Shown: in pieces, positions 1 through 11,900 of the stretch | Layout: each line of letters opens with the position of its first letter | Numbering within the stretch: position 1 is the stretch's first letter | The notes under the pieces: generated by a model | What the model saw: the letters and a program-made list of their open reading frames with translations, nothing else | The model's database searches: none | What the model was told of the DNA's origin: nothing | Made by a program: the position numbers and the translations under genes | Assembly: GCA_049999805.1 (NCBI GenBank) | Contig: JBNGIO010005918.1 | Location: 62,475 to 105,356, forward strand | From: Folioceros fuciformis | Taxonomy: Eukaryota | Direction of reading: 5' to 3' | Length of the DNA stretch: 42,882 nucleotides

Positions 1-3000
1 GCACCTGCCACAGCAGCTCCTTCGGCACCTGCCGCAGCTTCCTGTCCACCCACAACAGCTTCCTCTGTCGGTGTAGTGCATGGGGCTTCGCCGGCGCTAG
101 CTTCTGATATGCGTCGTGGTGAATTTCCTAGAGAAACCTTGTGAAGGGCACCATCTGCCACGGTATTTGATACCGATGATACCACTGGTTCCCATCGTTT
201 CCTCCTAGCGCGATTGGTCTTTCTCTTGTCATCGTCTACACTTGATCGCTTGTCATTGTCTACACTTGGCATCAAAGAAGCTTCCTCCCTGTCATTAGCC
301 ATTGCATCTGCGTCCTGCTCCTGCACAGAAGCTTCCTCCCTGTCATTAGTCATTGCATCTGCATCCCGCTCCTGCAGGGATTTCAAACAAGTTTTATGCG
401 TTTCGGACCTGCAGCCGACACTGTTCTCACTCTTGAGTTCCCCGTCTTGCTTTGGCTCTCTAGTCATCTTGGACTGCTCTTCGAAGCCTGCAAATTTTCG
501 CTCGGAAACTTTCGAACCCTCACTTTGTGCTGCCGAAGTTGTTCCACCAGCGCTTTGAATAGTCAAGGCATGCTGCTCTGGCCCGCTGCACACATCAATT
601 GGGGAAAGCTTCAGAATCGTACTGTATGCCTCATCCGCCTGTGGATACATTTCTGCAGACGCCCCTTCCGAGACAATTGTCATTTTCTTGACCTGATGCT
701 CATGTCCCGCTGCTATATCAAGCTTTTGCCTCTTCGGTCGTTGCCCACAATCCTCGACTTTCTGAAGAGTTCCTTCAGCTTGCAGCCTGCTTTCTGGTAC
801 TGGCTTCCGGCTAGATATGCCCAGATGTTGTCTAGACATTTCCCCTCGATTTGATGAGCGTTCATAATTGCGAAATCTGCCAACGTCTTTGTGCCCACCT
901 GCTCTTTCTGAAAGCAACTCAGAACTTTCAGGTACTTTCCACAATCCTGCTGCGTTGTTTGTCTCGGTTTGCTCAGCCCCGGTGGACATAGGTTCCAGAC
1001 TTCTACGTCTCCTATATTTGTTGGCTTTATGGTCTTCTACCACCAGTTGTCGACGCTTATCACGATGTACATCAGTTCTGTGCCGTTTCGAATCCCCTTC
1101 GAAAGGTTCCAGCCTGTCGGAGGCAACAATATGTGCATCAGTTTTCTTGCTTCTTCCAGCTGTTGTGTCCAGTCTTTGCTTTTTGGGTGGAGACTCCAAG
1201 TCTTCAGCTGCCGAAACTACTCCGCACATTCCAAGTGCAGGATTCTTGCTATTATCTGATGCCGCACGTTTGGAGAGGGCTGACGGTCGGCACAGCTGAA
1301 TCCCAGGCAGCTCCACTTTCTTGAAGATAAAAGTACTGTAAAGGCCTGCAGTGACAGCTCAAGACGGTCAGGACTCCACTAATTCTGCCACAACCGAGGG
1401 CAGAGCACGAATGACAACAAGAAACAAATCCTGTGTGTTGTTGCAGTGGTCTCGAAGTACTGAAACCTACTGAGAACTTCATGTGCCTGATTCGGCAGGC
1501 GTCCTTTAGGATCCAACACCGTCCCACAGCTGCTGCGCAACGCTTCAGCGAATGTTGTTCTGCTCACAAGCAACGAGTCCATCACATTTCCTGGCATTGA
1601 CAAGCCACTATCGATACAGAACTGTGGAGGACACAAATGATATGCACACCGATTATTCAAATACAGCCGCACAGATGCCTGGAGAACGAGTCCTACCGGA
1701 AATCTTCATAGAAATCAAACAAGTTTTGAATTTCCACACACTCTAAGCCCACCTCCTCCGCCGTTCTGTGATACAACACGACAAGTTATATCAATTTGCA
1801 GAACTGAAAAGTATCCAGGAAACCCGCAAACTTTCCACAAACCCTGGACAGGGCACCTTATTAAGCTTGGGAAGTGAACCAAAAGCTGAGCCTGTGGGGG
1901 AAGTCCATCATCTGCAAAACGAAGCTGATACTTCGTGCCGTAAAAATTGAACCTGCAAGCAGAACCGAGTCGCATATTCAGCTTTGGTCAGCCTGCACAC
2001 TGCCTGCTCCGACAGCCATAGCAGACGGCTATAAAAATTACTAAAAATTGCTCCGCCTTCACTTTGCCTTCTCCCACAGAAGTAGCAGACAGCTACCAAA
2101 ATCACTAAACATTGTCCTGCTATCATGGATAATGTGACAATGGCGGAATTTGAGGAACCGTTGCGAGCAACCTGTCGTTTTCAAAGCTGATTGTAAACAG
2201 CTCATTCTTGACTCGAGGTAATGCACCATTGGCTCTTAGAGAGCCCGTTTTCATGGCCCCTTCTACAGCCTTTTGATACTTGTACCTACACAGAGAGCAA
2301 CCTTGCAGACATTACAGTTGAAGCAAGATGAACAGTGAAACTTACGACACACAAACTGATCGAACAGTGAGAAAAAACGAGTACCAAATAGTGGACGAAT
2401 CTGGTGTGATGCCAAAAAACATGCCCCCTGGCTTCAACAATGTAGCCACATTGTTCAGGAAACTCTTCAACGTTTCCTCATTTGAGAAGCAATCCTGGAA
2501 CAGTATTCCATAAAATATAGTCCGAGGAAAAAGCCTGACTCTCGTTGGCAGAAGAGTTCGCATTCTGAAAGGCACCAGAGAGTAGGCTCACCTGCAAGTG
2601 CCCGAGACAACACACCACATCTGCAGGAAGACCATGACCTTCCAGTCGTGCGCGAAGATTTTCCTAACATCCGAGAGAGATTGGGTTACTAGGGCACAGC
2701 AACGTGCACCAACGGCGAAGGAGGAGACAGAGCGGACGCACCATGCAAGGATCCAATTCACAGAAATAGGCAGGGTACGCCTTCCCGCGACCTATCCATT
2801 CTTCTCGCGCCTCCTCCAAAGCAGAAGCTGACAGGTCTGCAAAAGGGAGCGGCAAACTGCGAAATCACATGGCAATAGCCACAGCAACTTCTGGTATCCA
2901 CAATTTTCGCAACATGAACCAGAACACAACAATGGCGCAAAGCCCTGTCGAGGCAGCTGAGTCACATAACGTGCGTTCAGAAGGATAAAGTTTCACGTAC

Positions 3001-3359
3001 CCACTCCAATATAATGACCTGTCCCAGCTTCAGCCCACTTGGCTGTATCTGAACCCCGACCGCAAAAGAGATCACACACCTGCACAAAGCAAGCCAACAA
3101 GGTCCATCCAGCAAGGGCCAAAACCAGCGGACGCAAGAGACCCGAACCCGGGGCAGCACAAGCGAGGGCTCCCGGAGACCCCTACCGTGGCACCTGGAAA
3201 CATGAGCTGCTTGAGCAGGCCCTTCTTGACAAAATCGTGCAGCTTGTGGTGCAGACCCGCAGCCCAGGAAGGTCCGGTCCAGGGAGCAGGAGGCGGGGCG
3301 GAGCCTCCCGCCCCTCCTCCTCCCGGCATCACTGCTGCAGTCTTCTCCGTGCCTGCCAT
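1..3359 (-). CDS. mRNA cap guanine-N7 methyltransferase 2-like protein with a long C-terminal extension; 3' end lies beyond the window
   Basis: Ten GT-AG exons join in frame: 3359-3186, 3079-3001, 2836-2742, 2663-2592, 2494-2385, 2285-2172, 1952-1857, 1765-1697, 1559-1471, 1345-<1. Motifs: SAM-binding VCDLFCGRG..HYIGVDLS, LLKPGGMFFGITPDSSTIW, YGTKYQLRF, LLVHFPSLIR, EIQNLFDFY and terminal LYSTFIFKK, all typical of plant cap N7-methyltransferases. The last exon has no stop codon down to position 1. Confidence 0.9.
277..376. repeat. Two-copy 51-bp (17-aa) in-frame tandem repeat in the methyltransferase tail
   Basis: GAAGCTTCCTCCCTGTCATTAG(C/T)CATTGCATCTGC.. begins at 277 and again at 328; it encodes QERDADAMTNDREEAS / QEQDADAMANDREEAS on the - strand. 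Confidence 0.9.
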
Positions 3360-4110
3360 CGCTCAGCATTTGTACCCGCCCGGACACAAATTTTAGAGGA
3401 TGTAGCAGAGTGTGAAGCTGCTGCTGCGCTTGGGGGGTAAAGACTTGCATCTTCAGGCGCTTCACGCAAATGCAGACAAGCAACTCTCTTGATCTAAGAA
3501 ACGAGAAGCCAGAAATTTAGGTCATTGCACGTACCAAGTGGGGCCGGGCCCCGTATGTGTGTGTGTTAAACAATCCAAATCGCCCTAACACCATGTCACG
3601 CAGAGTGTCTGTATCCCGCCTCTTGCCTCTGCCATCCGCCTTCGCTTGCTTTCCACTGCCTTTCACAAATACTCTACTCCACTTTGCCTTAAAAAACCGA
3701 TATTAGTACCGAAAACCCCACTCCCCTACTTCCCGGTCCAGCAGCGCATACCCCATCCCATACGCTGCTTCACAACACTCCGTTCACACTGCCCATACTG
3801 ACTGCATCCAAGATTCCGACCACAGTACTACTGTATATAAAACGGTGGGCCAATCCTTGGGGGCCTGTTTTCTTTTTTAGCCACATCCTTTTCTGGGTTA
3901 CTTTAATTTTCTGTTTTGATTCTATTAGGGGCGTTTCTATTTTGATTTTTATTTTTAGCCTTCTTCAAGACGTTGGCTAGATAAGCATTTCTTGGGCCCC
4001 TTTTAGAGGGTTTTTATTTTCCTCTCATTATGGGCCTTTTATAGGATGTTGCACATTTACATTTAAGTTCAAGTGTGGAGATGCTAATGTATGTGTCTCC
4101 ATTTAGGTAC

Positions 4111-4876
4111 ATGCACAAAAGGATGCTTGATTCAATAGGATGCACAAAAGGTTAGTGAATTCATCATGGTGAATTCAGCATGATGCACAAAAGGCTGCTG
4201 AATTCATTAGGATGCACAAAAGGATAGTGAATTCAGCATGAAGCACAGAAGGATGCTTGATTCAATAAGAGGCACAAAAGGCTAGTGAATTCAGCATGAT
4301 GCACAAAAGGTTGCTGAATTCAATGGGATACACAAAAGGCTAGTGAATTCAGCATGATGCACAAAGACTACTGAATTCAATAGGATGCACAAACGGCTAG
4401 TGAATTCAACATGATGCACAAAAGGCTACTGAATTCAATAGGATGCACAAAAGGCTAGAGAATTCAACATGATGCACAAAAGTCCGCTGGATTCAATAGG
4501 ATGCACAAAAGGCTAGTGAATTCAGCATGATGCACAGAAGGCTGCTGAATTCAATAGGATACACAAAAGGCTAATGAATTCAGCATGATGCACAAAAGGC
4601 TACAGAATTCAATAGGATGCGCAAAAGGCTAGTGAATTCAGCATGATGCACAAAAGGTTGCTGAATCCAATAGGATATACAAAAGGCTAATGAATTCAGC
4701 ATGATGCACAAAAGGCTACTGAATTCAATAGGATGCACAAAAGGCTAGTGAATTCAATAGGATGCGCAAAAGGCTAGTGAATTCAGCATGATGCACAAAA
4801 GGCTATTGAATTCAATAGGATGCACAAAAGGCTAGTGAATTCAGTACGATGCACAAAAGGCTGTTGCACAAAAGGC
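4111..4876. repeat. Tandem array of about 26 x 29-bp monomers organised as an alternating A/B 58-bp dimer
   Basis: A = ATGCACAAAAGG-CT(G/A)CT-GAATTC-AATAGG and B = ATGCACAAAAGG-CTAGT-GAATTC-AGCATG. They alternate almost strictly, with one hybrid monomer near 4733-4761. Confidence 0.95.
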
Positions 4877-5781
4877 ACGAAACATGCCTAGAATGTGGAG
4901 AGTTGTCCCATATAATAAGGGCTGGTGGTCTCTGTGTAGAGTCAATACTATCATCTAATATGTAAGGTGTGAAAATTTATTCATATAGTCTGATTTGGAG
5001 TTGTTGTTGATGGATTAGCCTCATATGTAAGGCTTAGTTTCTTGATGGAGCAACACTTGTCCTAGTACACCCTCTTGACTTCTCCACGGTCTTGTACATT
5101 GTTATTGCCATGTGGCAAGGAGCAGGATAGTAAAGACGAGCTCTATCCTATCCTGCCGGGCATCACCAGCACTCACATAAGAGTTGTGTTGTTTTTTAAG
5201 TTTGTGTGTCCTTTGTTTGAGTGATTGAAAAGAATGTTGATACTATACTCACATCATCACAAAGCAAGTTGATTCATAACCTCTTCCTTCCCTTGGCTTC
5301 ATCTTGTCTAGATGGTGGTCTTTGGAGTAGGCCAAATATAAGACGATAATTGCTTTTTAACAATACCAACATACAGACGCTTGTAGTACCTAGTTAAGTA
5401 GGTCATACACATTCCTCGCTAGATAGCTTAGACTAATGGGCGTGCCTCAACATGGTTCTGCTGTGTGATGAATATTAATGGAATTATTTATTTAGAATAT
5501 CTTTGAAGTCGCGTGTCAATAGTGGTCCATGATGAGATGAACTATTGGTGGAATTATGTGTTTTCTTATGTATTCAAAACTTCTTTGAAGTCGATGGTTC
5601 AAGTGCTGGAGTCAGGAACAAAGCGTCGGTGCGACGCACTCGGGGATGAGAGGTGTGTGGGCGACGCGTGTCCGATTTGCATGGTAGAAGCACATATCGA
5701 TGTGTAGAAGCTCAGTGGGGACATTCGGTAGCGAGGGTGCACAGCTCAGGCGGCAGGGAGGCGAGGAGTTTGGAAATCGAA

Positions 5782-7846
5782 ATGGGCAGGGGTGCTCCAT
5801 CTTCAGTGGAAGTGAAGTACTCTCAGCTTTTGATTGACGGAAACTGGGTGCCATCTGCTTCAGGAAAGTGCCGTCCGTTGGCAATCCATGGAACATGTGG
5901 GCGTGAACAAGTCTGCAGTGCACTTTGCAGCGTGCCAATGTCGCTGATGGCTCATGAGACGGATGCTGACAATGTGTGCAGGCAAGACATTTGCCAGCAC
6001 AGACCCATACTCGGGAGCGGTCATCGCCCAGGTTGCTGAAGCCGACAAGGAGGATGTGGAGAGAGCTGTGCGGGCAGCCAGGAGGGCTTTCGACCAGGGG
6101 CCGTGGCCCCGGATGTCGGGATACGTTAGTGTCGTTGCTGCGCGGTTGCCGGGCGGAGACGAAGCCTGATTGCCAAGCACTGGGCTTGTGTTTCTGCTCA
6201 CGAGGGGACTGATGACTGTAACTGGCGTGGTATGTGCAGCAAAGGGGCCTCGTTCTCAACAGGCTCGCTGATCTCCTGGAGGAGAAGAGTGCGGAGATGG
6301 CTGCCCTGGAGACGCTGGATAACGGGATGCCGTACGAATCGGCCTTGGCTCAGGTGGTGAGCTTCGCTGTGAAGACATTTCGGTACTACGCGGGCTGGGC
6401 GGACAAGATCGGCGGGCGCACGCTCAGGGCGGACGGGCCTTACCATGCGCTCTCCTTGCACGAGCCCATCGGAGTGGTGGGCGCCATCATTCCTTGGAAC
6501 TTCCCCCTGGCCATGTTCGCCATGAAGGTGGCCCCGGCCCTGAGCGTGGGGAACGCCGTGGTTGTGAAGCCGGCGGAGCAGACTCCGCTGACAGCATTGT
6601 ATGCGGGGCAGCTCGCACTGGAGGTGCGTCTGCATTGCTGCCTGTTGCTGGAGCAAGCTCTGGTGGCGTGTTGGTTCACCAGATGGTGCTTGTGGCAGGC
6701 CGGCGTGCCTCCGGGTGTTCTCAATCTGGTGCCTGGGTATGGCCCGACGGCAGGTGCCGCCATTGCCGGGCACATGAATGTCGATAAGGTGGCCTTCACT
6801 GGCTCCACGGAAGTAGGGAGGCTCATCATGGAGGCTGCCGCCAGGAGCAACCTGAAGCCCGTGACCTTGGAGCTGGGCGGGAAGTCCCCGCTCGTGGTGT
6901 GCCAGGACGCGGACCTGGATGCCGCTGTCGAACTTGCGCACATCGCTCTCTTCTTCAATCAGGTGAGGTCGGGAGCCAGCTCTGCAGCGGGGATTTGACT
7001 GGTGCCCCCGCGGGTAACAGCCCACTGAATGCGCAGCTGTTGGGTTAGGCAGGGCCAATGTTGCTGCGCAGGTTCTCGCACTTATGTGCACGAAAGTGTG
7101 TACGATGACTTCGTGAAGAGGTCGGCAGAGCGTGCGTCCAAGCGAGTAGTGGGAGATCCGTTCCAAGCCGGAGTCGAGCAAGGGCCCCAAGTGGATGAGG
7201 CGCAGTTTCAGAAGATTTTGGGCTATATAGAATCCGGGAAGCAATCAGGGGCGAGGCTGGTTTGCGGAGGGAGCAGGGTTGGAACTTCAGGCTACTTCAT
7301 CCAGCCCACCGTCTTTGCAGACGTCCAGGTGGCGTGCCCCGAACTGTTCTACGTCTTTTTGAGTGCTTGTCGTGCACGTCGCTCTGTCACACGTTGTCCA
7401 CGTTTCACGCAGCGTCTCTGCTGCAGGACGACATGGCGATAGCAAGAGAGGAGATCTTCGGTCCAGTGATGTCCATCTTGAAATTCAAGTGAGTCCATCT
7501 TCACGGTCTCACTTCGTGTCCCTGCAAGGTTCTTAATGCTCGCAAACCTGGCTCACCGTGCTGCAAGTGCAGGACCATGGAGGAGGTGATAAGCAGAGTA
7601 AACAACACAGCCTACGGTCTCGCCGCAGGAATCGTGACCAAGAGTCTAGACACTGCAGACACCTTCTCCAGGGCTGTGAAATGTGGAACAGTTTGGATCA
7701 ACTGCTTTCTCTTCTTGGACCCCAATGTGCCTTTCGGTGGTTACAAGGAGAGTGGGATAGGGCGGGAACTGGGCCCGTACGGCCTAGACCCATACATCCA
7801 AGTGAAATCAGTCATATCTCTCATTTCAAATCCTGCGTGGTTGTGA
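5782..7846 (+). CDS. ALDH2: Aldehyde dehydrogenase family 2 (no transit peptide visible; cytosolic ALDH2C-like)
   Basis: Exons 5782-5863, 5982-6124, 6240-6623, 6699-6962, 7053-7328, 7427-7488, 7573-7846. Motifs [33 protein letters not shown] (general base Glu), NQGQCCCAG (catalytic Cys), [16 protein letters not shown]. The first donor is ambiguous (see findings). Confidence 0.95.
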
Positions 7847-8071
7847 GAGAGAGGACAGTTCAGACCTCCATGTCATCTCCAGCCATGAACTTGCCCCCCT
7901 CATTTCCAGAACAAAGGTAGACCTCACTGCAATTCTCAAATAATAGGCTTACACGACAATTTGGTTTCTTTTCACAACTCTCGAAAACAAAAACACAATC
8001 CACAACACTATCCCATTAACCAGGGGGAATATCTTCAAGCTGCCTGGGACCTCGTCCAACATTGGTAGCCT

Positions 8072-8773
8072 CTAATAATCATCATCCAGCACGCTCCTCC
8101 GCCGTTGGATCTGCCAAACCAAGCAGGCCAACGGGAGCAGGTGTATTACACATTTGGTGCCCAACAGGACAGAGCTGCAAGGAAAAAAGCGGAATGAATT
8201 CTCCAAACCCTACGAACTCACAGTGACTTTGGTTTGCTTTTGCGTTTGTTCGTTGATCTGCTCCAGCAACGACACAAGGCGCTCCTCGGAAACCTGCAGA
8301 ACACAACACAAGTTTGCAGTGTCATCCATACACGGAGCAGCAGCAAGGTTAGCACAAGGCGCTAGTTAGCTAGCTTAGCTCACTCTTTGTCCTACGGACT
8401 GGCCATATTGAGCACTCCGCAAAATCACGTCTTCCACGCCTCTTGCCTTCTCGGGCTTCACAAGGGCGATCCGAGCGACTGGCACAAGAGGACGACGCGT
8501 CACCACAGGGCACATGGGTGAGCAAATTGAGCAGGCAGAATTCGTGAAACCAAACCAACTCACGGCGTTCACGTGCCTCCGGAGTCAAAACCATTGACAA
8601 CATCATCTGCCTACGCTCTTCTTGCTCCCTGCATCCTACCCACAAATGTGAGCAAGCGTCATCCAAGCGAGGGCAGATTAGGTCGATGCGCGTCCCGCAG
8701 GCGATACACTAACTAACCGCTTTTGTTCTTCCTGCGCCTGCTGCTGCTCCCTTGTTGGAGGAGGATTCCCCAT
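8072..8773 (-). CDS. PDCD5: Programmed cell death protein 5 (dsDNA-binding domain) homolog
   Basis: Five GT-AG exons give MGNPPPTREQQQAQEEQKR-EQEERRQMMLSMVLTPEARER-LARIALVKPEKARGVEDVILRSAQYGQSVGQR-VSEERLVSLLEQINEQTQKQTKVT-IQRRRSVLDDDY*, which matches the PDCD5 family. The start is inferred from the first ATG (GCAGCCATGG context). Confidence 0.92.
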
Positions 8774-8987
8774 GGCTGCTGGAGACGCTCCGATAGCTGC
8801 CCGCTCAGAGTGAGGAACAACAGGATTCCGTCTTGTATGCTAGACACAACTAGGTCTGTCACAATTCCGTGAGGTGACTCTACGAAGTCGATAAGTTTTT
8901 GACCTAGTCATGCGAGGGTAAATCCAACCAACGTTCTTGGATCCAAAAGAGGCCGGCACCGTGCGTCCATCCACACATACGTATGGA

Positions 8988-11900
8988 CTAGTGCCGCCGA
9001 GTACGATCTAGTAACTTCTCTTGCCGTTTCACCGACTCGTCCACGGCCTTAACCTTCTTGGCTGCATCTTCTACGATGGAGGACAGCTGATCTACTGCGC
9101 CTTTCAGGCGACGCATTTGAGAGGGCGGAACCACAACCCCCCCGCTCTGAGACGTCCTCGGTTGCAACCGACCAGCCAGGTGCTGTGATCGCACGTTCAG
9201 CTCTTCCAAAGCTGATCTCAGGACATCCAAATCTTGATACGCCACGCGATCTGCCAAACAGGGAATCCAGGTTACTGCCGTAGTTACACTGTCAGAGCAA
9301 GCAGGCGGATCAGTAGCAAGTAACGCTGTATCCTCACTCACCAAGCGTGTCTTTTAGCTGCCTCTCCGCGACCGTCAGAGGTCTGCGAGTGAACACAGGA
9401 TGTTCGCTGCATTTTTTGGCTCTTAACCCCAACTCTTCGTTCTTTTCACGAGCTCGCTGAATTCGCCAGTCCAAAGGATCAAAATTATCAAATACCACAC
9501 CCACCTTTTCCTGAACCCTTTCCAGTTGCTCATGCTGTGCACTGATAATCTCATGCAGGCGATCCCCGTGGGATGCCAGCTCCACATGCACCTGTTCGCA
9601 CAGCCAGCAACAGATAAATTTAAAAGCGCACCCCCAGAAGCAAGACTGTTAACAGGCCGTATGAATGACAAGATTTATACAACTGCCCCAAGGCTACGCA
9701 TCTACACATACCTTATGAGCATACTCAATGTACTTTTCACGAAGCAGCTTGCACTGATCATGAAGTATTGTCCGGCCCTCGATTGAATCAGCTGTTAACT
9801 TGAGTCCCGAAGCTGCAACCTGCAGTAAGATCGCGTACAAGAAAGAGCCTAACGCAGCAGCTCGAGTCCAGTGAACAGAAATCAGCGTCGTGAGGTACAA
9901 CTGCTGTCTACACAGACCTACCTGAAACAAGAGACACTTGTACTTTACCTGAGCAATGGGAATGTCCTTGGGCCCTTGCAAAAGTTCCTTACTGACAAAC
10001 GTCAAGGGGGACAAGGATTTGAGGTGCTGATCATCTTCCATGAACTCATCCACGAAGACAGTTGGACCCATGCAAGCCTTCACTTCTGCTACGACACAAA
10101 GTCCACCTAGTGTGGCAGATATCATCCACGTCTCACCGTGGACGTCTTGATATGGAGCCACCCCAAGGAGAGGTACAGGTGCAGAAATTCCAGCCGAGTA
10201 CGCATCCAAGACAGGATACACGGTGGGTGGTGCTGCCACTAGGGACGTTCCAGATCTGGATTGGTCTGAAAAGGGCAACCATTGCAGGCTGATAGCATCT
10301 ATTCCTCCTGCATGGTAGCAGTACAGCCTCTCTGGGACAACAGGGTCCGCTATAAGAGCTGGTGCAGCTGCTATCAAAACCTCTGTTGATAATGCCAGAT
10401 CAACGAAATTAAGCAGCAGTAGGGGGGGTGGTTGCCCAGTCCACACCGTTGAAACAGCCTCCTCAGCAGTTCCAATGCTGGTAGATCGCCTAGTCCCTTC
10501 TTTTAACGCTTCTGCCATCATGCTCACAGATAACAGATGCCCATCATCATCCACTTCAAACCGGGGTGCAGCTCCTGGGTTCCAAGTAGGCTGTACCTCA
10601 TCAGCTAAAGCATAGAGGTAAATCTGCCCATCAAGTCCACAAGTTGCAAGTATGCTGTCCTTGCCAACAGTGTTGTACAGCAAACTCACGACCTGCCTTG
10701 CCTCATCTGACTGCTCAAATCTTTCGCTCAGCACATCACCACTCCAAACAGTCGTGAACGGACCCTGCCATCCAGATCCAACTTCACTACGAACATTCTG
10801 GAGTGTAGACCATGGATGACATCTCGTGGACTCCAGACAACATTTCTACATGCATGAAAGGTTTAGAAGCACTTACTTGAAGAGCAACCGATGAGTCAAG
10901 GGGCACATAGCTGCAAGCCTTCCTCATGAACCTCCCAGTGAATCCTAGTCGTGTTGCATCCGAGCCAGGAGAGTAACCAAGCCCTGGAAAAACCGATTCC
11001 AACCAGAAACGAGCCACTGTAGCATTTCCTGAGGCAGTGGGATCAGAAAGAAGGGAGGACTGCCCTGCGTCCCTTGCAAGCTCCTCCAGTGCTGTAGTAT
11101 TGTACAGGCTGTACAACAGACCGGTATCAAATTAAACAATGAGGGAACGCCTCAAGACACAGTCATGGGTAACTTCAACATCTTCAAGGTTCACCGGCAA
11201 GCTACCATACCTGCCAAATGGCACCACTGGACAGAGACAATAGATGGATCCATTGCTGAAAGCAAAAAACACCTGGCCAGAATATGCGCTGGTTACTTTC
11301 ACTGCATGCATGTTGAGTTGTCAAAAGCCCTGAAACTGCTGCCCCTGTGTACCAGGACATCATCGTCCATCCCAGGATGAAGCAAACTTTTGACTGGGGT
11401 CCAGACAAATCGCGAGCAAAAATCCAGCACATCAACAGACTCAATAACATACAGTGAAGCGGTCCCAGAGATGTTCTCCACCAAAAGCAAATGAGACTGG
11501 GCGAGCAAGAGATGAGTCTAGTTTCCAAGGCACTCCTGACTGTAAATGATACTCTTGCTCTGCTCTGCGTGGGTCAATTGATAGATCAAATAACCTACAC
11601 ACAGGAAACGATAATTCTCATTTAACACAGGAAACGATCATCCCCATGTAACACAAAAGTTTTACACGTACAATCACCGCAAATAGAAGAGGTGTAAACA
11701 ACTCCACCTGAAAACTCCATCGGAGGAGAGGACACCAAGATGCGTATCACTGTAGGGATGCCAAGCTACTTGCAATATCCTCAACGAATGCACATTCTTA
11801 GACTGGAAAATCCGGTCCACATCAACTACAGTAGTCCTGCAGACACATTTTCAGATGCTCATGAAATTGAAGCCTTAAACATGCCTCGGAAAATAACATG

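Noticed and set aside
214-1299. + strand ORFs of 114-152 aa at the left edge
   Set aside because: Antisense to the long open last exon of the cap methyltransferase.
4111-4876. CRISPR-like appearance of the 29-bp periodic array
   Set aside because: There are no unique spacers or cas genes, and the context is a eukaryotic spliced-gene region.
6198-7244. 348-aa ORF on the - strand
   Set aside because: Antisense shadow of the GC-rich ALDH2 exons; no recognisable motifs.
11599-11655. 26-bp tandem duplication in a NUP88 intron
   Set aside because: Ordinary local duplication with no sign of function.
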